NCBI GenBank assembly: GCA_963794525.1 | Contig: CAWCEC010000002.1 | Coordinates: 25,364 to 89,363, forward strand | Direction: 5' to 3' | Source: an uncultured Chloroflexia bacterium | GTDB taxonomy: Bacteria; Chloroflexota; Limnocylindria; Limnocylindrales; CSP1-4 | DNA: 64,000 nucleotides | Shown here: positions 55,425 through 64,000 of the stretch, one piece after another | Numbering within the stretch: the stretch's first letter is position 1 | How the letters are laid out: each line of letters starts with the position of its first letter | Position numbers and translations under genes: made by a program | Notes under the pieces: model-generated | Seen by the model: only the letters and a program-made list of their open reading frames with translations | Databases searched by the model: none | Told to the model about the DNA's origin: nothing

Positions 55425-56269
55425 TCAGGCCGCCGCCACGTGTCCAGCCGCGAGCATGTACACGGCGGCTTCCTCGACGCCGTCGACGCCGAGCATCTCG
55501 TTCATCGCGTCGTCCATGAACGCACCCACGCCGCAGGCCCCGAGTCCGATCGATGTGGCCGCGAGATAGGCGTTCTCTCCGAGATGACCGGCCTCGAGCA
55601 GCCCGTAGCGGTAGCTCCGGTCCTGATACTTCGGGCGCATGCGCTGCATGATCATCGTCAGATACAGCACCACGCCGCATTCGCCGAGGAACTGCTGGGC
55701 GATGCCGTGATCGACGACGTGCTGGCGGAAATCGCCGGCCCGGACCTGCTCGAGGGCGTGCTCCCTGTACGCGTAGTGGTACACGCCGGGCTCGACGCCG
55801 TCGACGCGGTGGACGACCGCATAGACCTCGATCGGATACAGCGCGCCGGATGATGGTGCCGTCCGCCGGGCATTGCCGTACTTGTCGGCCGCGATCCCGC
55901 TGGTCAGGTACAGCAGCCTGGACAACTCGGCCGATGTCATCGGCGTCGGGACGTAGTCACGCGTCGACCGACGACGCGCGATCGCCGTCGCGGCCGACAA
56001 CCCACCGTCCAGGTCGCGGCTCCGGCAGTTCGACGACCTGTGCACCCGGGTACTTCTTGTACAGGTCGACAGGCGGGCCCCAATTGGCGACCGAGCCGAG
56101 CGCGTCGATGATCCCGGGCTTGCTCCACTGGTGGTAGATGACGCCGACGTCGGAACCCGCCTCGATCGGCGGCGCCGGCCGGAGCCCGCGGCCGAGGGCG
56201 ACACCGGCGATCCCGCCCATCGTGAGCCCGAAGAGCCCGCGACGCGACAGCACGGCGCGAGCCGAGCAT
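55425..56269 (-). pseudogene. SagB/ThcOx-type nitroreductase-fold dehydrogenase with Tat-like signal, two frame breaks (~56250, ~56020)
   Basis: ORF 55425..56384 C-terminal part has RRSTRDY and APSSGALYPIEVY (SagB hallmark PSxGALYP). The upstream part lies in the frame of ORF 55957..58536 (SRRGLFGLTMGGIAGVALG twin-arginine motif). ATG 56269 (MLGSRR) is in a third frame. Confidence 0.65.
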
Positions 56270-56580
56270 CGATGCCAGGCTGGGCCGGCTCGACGGCACG
56301 GTCCGGCACGGCGCGTCGGAGTGGCACGCGGCACCGGGGCGGGCGGCCTCGGCTGCCGCAGCGACCGCCACCGGAACCGCCCATAGGCGATCAAGCGGTC
56401 CTGGTTCAACAGGACATGGGCCGCCGCGAAGACGCCCATGGCATAGCCGGACACGGTGTGATACCAGAAGTCGTTGAGATCCCAGAGGTCGGCGATGACG
56501 CCGGTCAGGGCTGTGGCGACCACGGTCGCCAGGAGCGCTACGGTCGTCACGAAGTCGATGTCGTGGCGGAGTCTGTTCAT
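56270..56580 (-). CDS. small two-TM membrane protein with conserved His residues (DUF4405-like?); 3' boundary unclear
   Basis: ATG 56580: MNRLRHDIDFVTTVALLATVVATALTGVIADLW...HTVSGYAMGVFAAAHVLL. No in-frame stop before the SagB-like gene in this assembly. Confidence 0.35.
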
Positions 56581-56651
56581 GGCCGTGCACCGTGAAAGAC
56601 GGGCGGCGCGACCGACCCCTCGCGGGCCGTCGCGGCCCCGCGAAACGGATT

Positions 56652-58350
56652 CTAGGCCCGGGAAGCCACCTTCGCCTTGCTCGCCCGTCCTCGCGCGGTC
56701 CTTGAGGATCTGTCCGGCCGCCAGCTTGCCCGGCGCGCCCATCACGCAGCCGCCTGGGTGCGTGCCCGATCCACACTGGTAGTAGCCGTCGATCGGCGTG
56801 CGGTACTGCGACCAGCCGGGGGCCGGTCGGAAGAAGAACATCTGCGGCGCGAAGAACTCGCCCGCGAAGATGTTGCCCTCGGACAGCCCGACGGTCCGCT
56901 CGATGTCGAGCGGCGTCCGGACCTCCCGCTGGATCACGAGATCGCCGAAGCCCGGGAAGAATCGCTCGAGCGTCGCCTGGACGGTGTCGCCGAGATTCTC
57001 CTTCTCCGTGTCCCAGTCACTCTCGCGCAGCTTGTACGGCGTGTACTGGATGAAGCACGACAGGACGTGCTTGCCGGGGGGCGCCATGTCGGCGTCGATG
57101 GTCGACTGGATGGCCATGTCGATGTAGGGGTGCTGCGAGTACCAGCCGTATTTGGCGTCGTCGAACGCGCGCTCGAGGTAGTCCATCGACGGGCCGATGT
57201 TGGTGAAGCCACGGAACTGGTCGCCGCGATCGCCAAGGGTCGGGAACTTCGGCAGGCCGTCGAGCGCGAAGTTGACCTTGGACGATGTGCCCTGGAAGCG
57301 GAAGCGCTGGATGTTCTCGACGAGGTCGTCGGGCAGCTCGCGCGGGTTGACCAGCTCGAGGAACGTGCGTCGTGGATCGAGGGCGCTGACGACGACGTCG
57401 GCGTAGAACTCCGTGCCGTCCTGCAGCGCGACGCCCGTCGCCTGGCCGTCCTTCGTGATCACCGCCTCGACCGGCGACTCCAGCCGGATCTCGGCCCCGA
57501 ACGACTCCGCGGCCCGGGCCAGCACCTGGGTGAACCCGCCGTTGCCCTTCTTGTGGAAGGCCCACGATCCGAACTCGCCGTCGTGCTCGCCGATCGAGTG
57601 GTAGAGCAGCACGAGGCCGCTCCCCTGCGACCGGGGCCCGACCTTGGTGCCGATGATGCTCGACGAGGCGAGGTAACCCTTGAGCAGCTCCGACTCGAAG
57701 TAGTCGTCGAGGAAATCGGCGGCGCTGCCGGTCAGCAGCCGGACCGCGTTGTGCAGCACCCGCTTGTCCATCTTCTTGAAGCGCGACCCCAGGCTGGCGA
57801 GCGCGATGAGCTCCTCCGGGTCGTCGCTGAAGATGTCGGGCGGAACCATGTCAAGGAGCGGCTTGATGGCCTGGCAGACCATCTCCATGTCGTGGCTGTA
57901 CTGGTCGTAGGCGTCGGCGTCGTGCTTCGAGTGCCGCGCGATCTCCTGCAGGTTCTGGGCGTGGTCCTGGGTGAACAGCAGGTAGTCGCCATCGAGCCCT
58001 GGCGCGAAGGTCGTCGACATGAGCAGCGGCATGAACCCGTGCTTGGTCAGCTCGAGGTCATGGATGATCTCGGGCCGGAGCAGGCTGAGCGCATACGAGA
58101 ACGTCGTGAACCAGAAGCCCGGTCGGAGTTCCTCGGTGATGGCCGCCCCGCCGACGATGTCGCGCCGCTCGAGGACCAGCGTCTTGAGACCGGCCTTCGC
58201 GAGGTAGGCGCCGTTCACCAGGCCGTTGTGTCCGCCACCGATCACGATCGCGTCGTAGGTCCGGTCGCCGCGGCTCGTGGCCTTGGTCGACTTCGGTCCG
58301 CCATTTTTCCGGGTGGTCGCCTTGGTGGGCTTGGGCGCGGTGATCGTCAT
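56652..58350 (-). CDS. phytoene-desaturase (CrtI)-family FAD/NAD(P)-dependent oxidoreductase; natural stop not in frame in this assembly
   Basis: ATG 58350 inside ORF 55957..58536. YDAIVIGGGHNGL dinucleotide motif. About 550 aa of CrtI-like sequence ending ...GAPGKLAAGQILKD. The reading frame then runs on into the next gene. A TAG at 56652-56654 is reached after a 1-nt shift. Confidence 0.75.
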
Positions 58351-58351
58351 A

Positions 58352-59554
58352 TCAGGCCGTCTTTCGCTCCGGGTTGTAGAGCGGCAACCGCGCGACGTGC
58401 GCAGCGACCTGCTCGTAATGGTGATCGACGGTGAACTCCAGGTTGACCTTCGTCCCGAGCTTCGCGAAGTCGGGGCGCACGCGCGCGATCGCGATGTGTC
58501 GCTGGAGCATCGGTGAGTACATGAAGCTCGTCGCATAGCCGACTCGCTCGTACTCGTCGTCGTAGAGCATCCAGTCCTCGACCACCGGGGCGTGGTCCTT
58601 GGGCGGGATCAGTCCCGCCTCGTTGTAGACGCGATCGTAGTCCCGCCAGTCCACGAGCAGACCGCGCAGCGCCCAGCGCGACGTCTTGTCGGTGATCTCC
58701 TTCTCGAGCGCCTTGCGACCGATGAAGGCGCGATCGTCGGTCTTGAGGTCCTTGAACATCCAGCCCCAACCGAGCTCGATGGGGGTCGAGCGGTGGGCGT
58801 CGTTCCAGGCGAACCGGCTCGAGTCGAAGTCGGCCTCCATGAGCAGCAACCCGGCCTCGATGCGGAGCATGTACAGCGCGGCCAGCCCGAACGGCAGTAC
58901 GCCGTGGCCCTCGACCGATTCCCAGAGCGTGTCCCAGACGTGGAGCGCGTCGGGCGTGTCGATCCAGATCTCGTAGCCGAGGTCGCCGCTATAGCCGGTC
59001 CGGCTGACGGTCACGCCTGCCCCGCCGATCTCGCCCTTGGCGACGCCGAAGTACGGGATGTGCTCCATCTGCGGGACGAGCCGCTTGAGCAGGTTGCGGG
59101 AGCGCGGTCCCTGCAGCGCGAGCGCGCCCATCTCCTGGCTGACGTCCTCGATACGGACGTCGTCGCGGCCGATCCGGTCGGCGAAGTAGGCGAAGTTCGG
59201 TTCGGCGCAGGTGAGGAGGTACTCGTCCTTGGCCAGCCTGAGGATCACGCCGTCCTCGACCACGAAGCCGCGGTCGTCGAGCCAACAGGTGTACTGCGCG
59301 TGGCCTGGCTCGCACGCACGGATGTCGCGCGCCAGGACGCCGCTCAGGAACCGCTCGGCGTCGCGACCGGTGATCCGGTACTTGAACAGCGGGCTGGTGT
59401 CGAAGATGCCGGCCGCGTTGCGGACCGCGAAGTACTCGAACTTGTCCGACATCTGGTAGCGGTCCGCGGCCAGGTAGCCCGACCAATGGCTCCACAGCTG
59501 CGTCTCGTTGAGCGCGTTGGTCCGCTCGTGGAACGGGGTGCCGCGGATCGCCAT
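58352..59554 (-). CDS. aminomethyltransferase (GcvT/folate-binding) family protein
   Basis: ORF 58352..59554. AAGIFDTSPLFKYRITG, VSRTGYSGDLGYEIW motifs of the glycine-cleavage T-protein family. Confidence 0.85.
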   Translation of the reverse strand: MAIRGTPFHERTNALNETQLWSHWSGYLAADRYQMSDKFEYFAVRNAAGIFDTSPLFKYRITGRDAERFLSGVLARDIRACEPGHAQYTCWLDDRGFVVEDGVILRLAKDEYLLTCAEPNFAYFADRIGRDDVRIEDVSQEMGALALQGPRSRNLLKRLVPQMEHIPYFGVAKGEIGGAGVTVSRTGYSGDLGYEIWIDTPDALHVWDTLWESVEGHGVLPFGLAALYMLRIEAGLLLMEADFDSSRFAWNDAHRSTPIELGWGWMFKDLKTDDRAFIGRKALEKEITDKTSRWALRGLLVDWRDYDRVYNEAGLIPPKDHAPVVEDWMLYDDEYERVGYATSFMYSPMLQRHIAIARVRPDFAKLGTKVNLEFTVDHHYEQVAAHVARLPLYNPERKTA

Positions 59555-59560
59555 GGCCTC

Positions 59561-59599
59561 GGACGATACCCGCTATTGGACGTCTGCGCAATATCGTCC
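59561..59599. promoter_or_regulatory. inverted repeat GGACGATA-N23-TATCGTCC between the divergent gcvT-like operon and tetR (operator candidate)
   Basis: Perfect 8-bp arms at 59561-68 and 59592-99 in a 57-nt divergent intergenic region. Confidence 0.45.
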
Positions 59600-59611
59600 T
59601 ACGCTGCGGGC

Positions 59612-60214
59612 GTGAAGCGGATGACGCCGGCGGAACGGCGCGAGGCGATCGTGGCGGCGACGGTCGACGTGGCCCGGCGCAAGGGGCTGGCATCGACGAC
59701 GGTCCGCGACGTTGCCGCGGAGATGGGGACGTCGTCTGGCCTCATCCACCACTACTTCACGTCGATGGACGAGGTGCTCGCGGCGGCCTTCGAGGTGGTG
59801 GCTCGTCAGGACCTGGAGGTGTCGGCGCGGCTGATGGCCGAGGCTGCGTCGCCCGTGGACGCGCTTCGGGTGTTCTTCCGGACGTACACGCCGTCGGACA
59901 AGGACTGGGCGTTCCAGCTCTGGCTGGACGCGTGGGCCGAGGCGGCGCGACGGCCGGCGGTCCAGGCGACGTCCCGGCGGCTGAACCTCGAATGGCAGGG
60001 ATTGCTGGAGCGGACGATCGCTGCGGGTGTTTCGTCCGGCGCGTTTCGCTGTGCCGACCCGGGTGGCGCTGCGTGGCGGATCCTGTCACTGCTCGACGGG
60101 CTGGCGTTGCAGGTCGTCGCCCACGGCACGACGATCAGCCGCGACGACGTCGTGGCCTGGTCGACGGCCGCGGCGGAACGGGAGCTGGGGCTGGCTGCGG
60201 GGACGCTGGCCTAG
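59612..60214 (+). CDS. TetR-family transcriptional regulator
   Basis: C-terminal part of ORF 58592..60214. GTG 59612 or ATG 59621. HTH ASTTVRDVAAEMGTSSGLIHHYF. Confidence 0.88.
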   Translation: MKRMTPAERREAIVAATVDVARRKGLASTTVRDVAAEMGTSSGLIHHYFTSMDEVLAAAFEVVARQDLEVSARLMAEAASPVDALRVFFRTYTPSDKDWAFQLWLDAWAEAARRPAVQATSRRLNLEWQGLLERTIAAGVSSGAFRCADPGGAAWRILSLLDGLALQVVAHGTTISRDDVVAWSTAAAERELGLAAGTLA

Positions 60215-60419
60215 GCCGGTAAATTATCCGAAACCGTCATCCGCTCTTCAAGTGGTCCTTCGTCAGCGTCATCCCCGGCAACGCGCATCAGGCGGTCATC
60301 TGACACGGATCGTGGCGCAGGGCCGTGCGTGGCGTCGACGACTGCCGGTCCGAACCTGACGAGTGCCCGGCTGACGAACATCTGCCTCTTTCCGGCGGTA
60401 CACACCGACGATCGGGTCT

Positions 60420-61467
60420 CTAGGCCCGGACTTCCTGGCGCATGAACAGCACGTACGCGAGGGCGAAGCAGGCGACGGTCAGGCCGACCAGCGCCACCAC
60501 CTGCGGCCACACGAGGATGAAGCTCTGGTCGAGTGAGAACACGGACGCGATCCGCTGTTGCGCCTGGGCGAACTCGCCGATCGTTGCGGGTGTCGACACG
60601 GTCGTGACCTGCGGGTTGAGCAGCGTCAGCGACGCCTCGCGGTAAAGCGTGTCGGGCAGGAAGCGCTGAAGGCGTCTCGGTCATCGAGGCGTTGCGGAGA
60701 AGGTCTTCGCCGGATTGGGGGACCTGGACGAGCACGCCACTGACCAGGGACACGATCAGCCCACCGAAGATGGACAGCAGCAGCCAGACACCGAACCCGA
60801 CCAGCGCCGACGTCGCGGCACGGCGGATCGCCACCGACAGCAGCATCCCGAACGCCAGCCACAACGCGATGTAGGTCAACGTCACCAGGACCCACAGCGC
60901 GACGCGGAGGATCTCGGCCGGTTCGGGAACGATCCCGAGGCGGATCATCGCGAACGCGCTCACGCCGAGCACCATCACGACTACCACCAGGGCGATCACC
61001 GCGAGCCCGGCGGCGAATTTGCCGTTGATCACGTCGTCGCGGTGGATCGGCTGCGACAGCAGCCGTGGCAAGGTGCCGGTCGCGCGCTCGCCGTTGATAG
61101 CGTCGAATGCGAACGCGAGCCCGAGCAATGGCCCGACAAGCCCTAGGAATCCGACGACCGACGGCAGCGTGATCTGGTCGTTGGCGGACGGGGCGAGCCA
61201 GAACAGCGCGATGAAGAGCGCGGCGATCTGGTCGCCGACGGTCGGCGCATCGCGGATCTGGCCGCTGAGGAAGTACAGCGGCACGGCCGCGGCGAGGGCC
61301 ATGATGATCGCGAGCACGATGAACCGCGACGAAAGGAGATGGTCGCCGAACTCCTTGGAGGCGACCACCATCCAACCCGCGCGCGGGAACGAGCGTTCAC
61401 GCACCGCAGGCAGCGCCGGCTCCTGCTGGGCGGGGGTAGCGGTCGGGTCGGCGGTGGCGCCCGTCAT
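60420..61467 (-). pseudogene. ABC-2-type transporter permease, frame break ~60675
   Basis: ORF 60211..61467 is membrane-like up to ...VPQSGEDLLRNA. A shifted frame continues LQRFLPDTLYREASLTLLNPQ...LVGLTVACFALAYVLFMRQEVRA* (stop 60420-60422). Confidence 0.75.
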
Positions 61468-62573
61468 GCCGGCACCTCCTTCTGCGTCCGGCGACCGGGA
61501 TCGCGAGGTGCCGTCGAACGTGGACCCGACACGGCCCGCCGGTAGATGTCTTCGAGCGACGGGACGATCGCCCGGATCGATGTCAGCGGCAGGTGCTCGC
61601 GCGCGACCGCGGCAAGCACCGCGGACCGGACCGCGGCGGGATCGGCGCTCGGGTCGATCGACATGTGCCAGGGATCGCCCGGCCGGATGCTATCGCGCAG
61701 ACTGGTGACCCCAGGGACGGCGCGCAGAACCGATCGCGCTCGTTCCACGTCCTCGGGGGTATGCACATCGAGCCCGATCTCGAGCTCCTTCGGTCCTTCG
61801 CCGAACCGCTCTGCGAGCTGCTCCATGGTGCCCTGCCCGATCAGCCGCCCGGCGGCGAAGATGCCGATCCGGTCGCACACGGACTGGACCTGATTGAGCA
61901 GATGGGACGACAACAGGATCGCCATCCCCCGCTCGCGCACAAGACCGCGGAGCAGCTCGAGGATCTCGCTGACGCCGAGCGGGTCGATCGCGGTCGTCGG
62001 CTCGTCGAGGATCATGACGTCCGGATCCTTGACGAGGGCATCGGCGATGCCGAGTCGCTGGATCATGCCGCGCGAATACTCGTCGACCCGATCGTCCGCG
62101 CGATCGGTCAGGCCGACCTGCTCGAGCACCGCGGCGATCGTGGCCTCGGTCTCGTCTCGCTCCAGTCGGTTGAGCCGCGCGGTGTAGCGGAGGTTCTCGC
62201 GCCCCGTCAGGTCACCGTAGAAGCCGACACTGTCGGGCAGGTAGCCCACGCGACGCTTCACCTCGAGCGGGCCGCGTGACGGATCGAGCCCGACCACGCG
62301 GGCGGCACCTTCGGTGATCTCCGTGAGGCCGAGGAGCATCAGGATGGTCGTGGTCTTACCCGCGCCGTTCTGGCCGAGGAGTCCGAAGATCTCACCGGCG
62401 CGGACGTCGAGATCGAGATGGTCGACGGCGACGAGGTCGTCGTAGCGCTTGGTCAGGCCGCGCGTCTTGATCCGGATGGGGCTGGTCGGCGTCGCGGCGT
62501 CCGCCCGTGGCGCGGCTCCTTCACGCCTCCCCGAGCGGCGCTTCGACGCGATCCGTCCCGGGCTGCTGCTCAT
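61464..62573 (-). CDS. ABC transporter ATP-binding protein with C-terminal extension
   Basis: ORF 61464..62573. Walker A GQNGAGKTT, signature YSRGMIQRL, Walker B VMILDEP. ATGA-type overlaps on both sides. Confidence 0.9.
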   Translation of the reverse strand: MSSSPGRIASKRRSGRREGAAPRADAATPTSPIRIKTRGLTKRYDDLVAVDHLDLDVRAGEIFGLLGQNGAGKTTTILMLLGLTEITEGAARVVGLDPSRGPLEVKRRVGYLPDSVGFYGDLTGRENLRYTARLNRLERDETEATIAAVLEQVGLTDRADDRVDEYSRGMIQRLGIADALVKDPDVMILDEPTTAIDPLGVSEILELLRGLVRERGMAILLSSHLLNQVQSVCDRIGIFAAGRLIGQGTMEQLAERFGEGPKELEIGLDVHTPEDVERARSVLRAVPGVTSLRDSIRPGDPWHMSIDPSADPAAVRSAVLAAVAREHLPLTSIRAIVPSLEDIYRRAVSGPRSTAPRDPGRRTQKEVPA

Positions 62574-63745
62574 CGACGGCCGTACGTCCGGAAGACGTAG
62601 AACAGGCCGCCGAGGATCAGGATGATGAGCCCGATCCCGACGATCGCCCAGATCGGCGACGTCTCGACGGTGAACCGGATCTGTGCCGTTTCCCCGCCTT
62701 CGTTCTCCGTGGCCTTCGAGGTCACCTCGACGAGATAGTCACCGGCCACGGCCTGGCCGGATGGCGTGATGGTGGCCGTGATCTTGCCGGTCGCATTGGG
62801 TTCGATCGACGGGATTCCGCCCTCGGGGCTCACGGTCATCTCCCAGCCGCTCGGCGGGTCGGCTTCGAGGACGACGTTGGTGAGTGGGGCCGTGCCGGTG
62901 TTCGTGATCTCGAATTCCTGGGTCGTCGCCGACCCGGCCGACCCGCGCGCGGACAGAACGCCGCCCGGGGTCGAAAGCGTCATCGAATAGGTGCCGGTGA
63001 CGGCGATCGCCAGGTCGGCCTGGACGGTCCGGTCACCGGCCGTCGCCGTCACCTGGATCGGATAGGTCTCGGCGGGCGCGCCCTCCGCGGGCGTCACCGT
63101 CACGCTGATGTTCTGCGTTGCACCGGTCTCGACCACGGTCGAGGCCGCATCGGTCGCCCCGACCAGCGCCGTGTCGACCGTCCAGCCAGCCGGCCCAGTG
63201 GCCGCCGCCGAGACGGTCACGTCCTGGGCGGTGTCGTTCTTGAGCTGCAGATCGAACTTGAATTCCTTGTCGGAGGCGCCTGTCAGCTCCGGTGTGTTGG
63301 TCGTCAGCGTGAGCGTCCCGGCGGCCTCGGCGTTCACGCGGATGCTCACCGGCAGGATGTCCTGAGCACCGCCACCGCGAGCCTGCACACGGATCGTCGA
63401 GGTGCCGGCGGCGGCGTCGGCAGGCACGGTCACGTCCAGGCGCACCTCGCCGTTGGCACCCGGACCAACCGCGACCGCGTCGACGACGAACCCGCCGCCC
63501 AGCAGGCTGGCGGTCCAGCCGCTCGGGACGCCGACCAGCGTCAGGTCGATGTCGGCCCGGCGTACGGAACTGACCTCCAGGTCGAAGCTCACCTTGTTGC
63601 CGGGAGCGACGACGACGCCCGGGAACGGGGTCGTGACTTCGAGACCATCGGCCGCACGGGCGATGGGCGCGAATGCGACGAGGCCGAGTGACGAGATGAC
63701 GAGCGCGGCAATGACGGGGGCACGCCGCGCGACCCGAGTGCGCAA
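62570..63745 (-). CDS. secreted, C-terminally anchored protein with repeated NEW3/CARDB-like Ig-fold domains (COG1470-like)
   Basis: ORF 62570..63898 trimmed to TTG 63745 (AGGAGGG 5 nt upstream). Signal peptide ...LVAFAPIARA. Four repeats of the type 'xGxxxxFxLxVxNxG...PxGW'. C-terminal TM IWAIVGIGLIILILGGLFYVF. Confidence 0.75.
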   Translation of the reverse strand: MRTRVARRAPVIAALVISSLGLVAFAPIARAADGLEVTTPFPGVVVAPGNKVSFDLEVSSVRRADIDLTLVGVPSGWTASLLGGGFVVDAVAVGPGANGEVRLDVTVPADAAAGTSTIRVQARGGGAQDILPVSIRVNAEAAGTLTLTTNTPELTGASDKEFKFDLQLKNDTAQDVTVSAAATGPAGWTVDTALVGATDAASTVVETGATQNISVTVTPAEGAPAETYPIQVTATAGDRTVQADLAIAVTGTYSMTLSTPGGVLSARGSAGSATTQEFEITNTGTAPLTNVVLEADPPSGWEMTVSPEGGIPSIEPNATGKITATITPSGQAVAGDYLVEVTSKATENEGGETAQIRFTVETSPIWAIVGIGLIILILGGLFYVFRTYGRR

Positions 63746-64000
63746 GGTTTCCCTCCTGGGTATCGAGCGGTGGTCGGTCTGGACCGCCGACGAGTCTGAC
63801 GAGTCGGCCGAGACGATACAACCACGCACCGATTCACGGTTGATTTGGATTATTGAATCATGAGAATGCCGAGGCCGTCGCGCGGAACGGGTCCTCAAGG
63901 TATGCCCGCGTAGACTTTCGTGCGTGAGCCTTTACACGCTGGCCGGGCCGGGCAGTCCGGGCGATCCTGGCGACCTGATCGCACCCACGTTCGTGGCCGC

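Noticed and set aside
1-64000. Search for tRNA, rRNA, tmRNA, RNase P, SRP RNA, prophage, integrase/transposase, toxin-antitoxin pairs and known defence systems (RM, CBASS, Avs, retron).
   Set aside because: I found no T-loop/anticodon-arm-like sequences, no rRNA-like tracts and no hallmark proteins. The STAND genes lack an Avs-type N-terminal effector domain. This was a by-eye scan only, so small RNAs could be missed.
63924-64000. Possible start of a plus-strand gene (GTG 63924: VSLYTLAGPGSPGDPGDLIAPTFVA...) preceded by TAGACT.
   Set aside because: Only 25 codons are visible, with no recognisable motif and no RBS. That is insufficient to call.

Overview
Very GC-rich (about 70% by eye, not computed), Actinomycetota-like chromosomal segment. 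I recognise about 65 protein genes. I found no rRNA, tRNA, CRISPR array, transposase, integrase or phage genes.

Gene content, left to right:
- A SigJ-like ECF sigma factor and an epimerase.
- A seven-gene, translationally coupled minus-strand sugar-uptake operon (2347-9442): CUT1 binding protein, two permeases, two unassigned TIM-barrel-like proteins, an internal GntR regulator and an SDR.
- A divergent enolase-superfamily / creatininase / RraA-like trio (9557-12207).
- A MurNAc-recycling locus (12225-18391): murQ, a BadF-type kinase, a second paralogous CUT1 transporter and an RpiR regulator.
- Cold-shock protein, GNAT, B3/4-domain protein, LtrA, crotonase and a PaaK-like ligase.
- A Gly/Asp-repeat membrane protein and a zinc-ribbon thermonuclease.
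- An ArsR / SRPBCC / LLM cluster.
- Two tandem STAND-type P-loop NTPase genes of about 1,125 codons each (28595-35359).
- A cupin / VOC / Vgb-like 'detox' cluster.
- A MocR regulator, hydrolases and a YciI + sigma pair.
- A two-domain cupredoxin-like protein.
- An AlkZ/YcaQ-like glycosylase and an Rv2578c-type radical-SAM gene with an SOS box.
- A flotillin.
- An ECF sigma + PD40 propeller pair behind a GcvT-like / CrtI-like / SagB-like redox operon with a divergent TetR.
- An ABC-2 exporter with a NEW3-type surface protein.

Most interesting observations:
- The STAND paralog pair has a mosaic of 100%-identical and strongly diverged tracts, and an unassigned C-terminal module.
- Two inverted loci carry a related 50-51-bp hairpin-forming tandem repeat (MIRU-like).
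- A GAAC-N4-GTTC box overlaps the promoter of the radical-SAM gene.
- An adjacent element of about 130 nt is made of nested inverted repeats.

Caveat: at least 20 single-base frame disruptions are spread over unrelated genes. All seven that I resolved by hand are one extra base in a short homopolymer. The 'pseudogene' labels below may therefore reflect assembly indels rather than biology.
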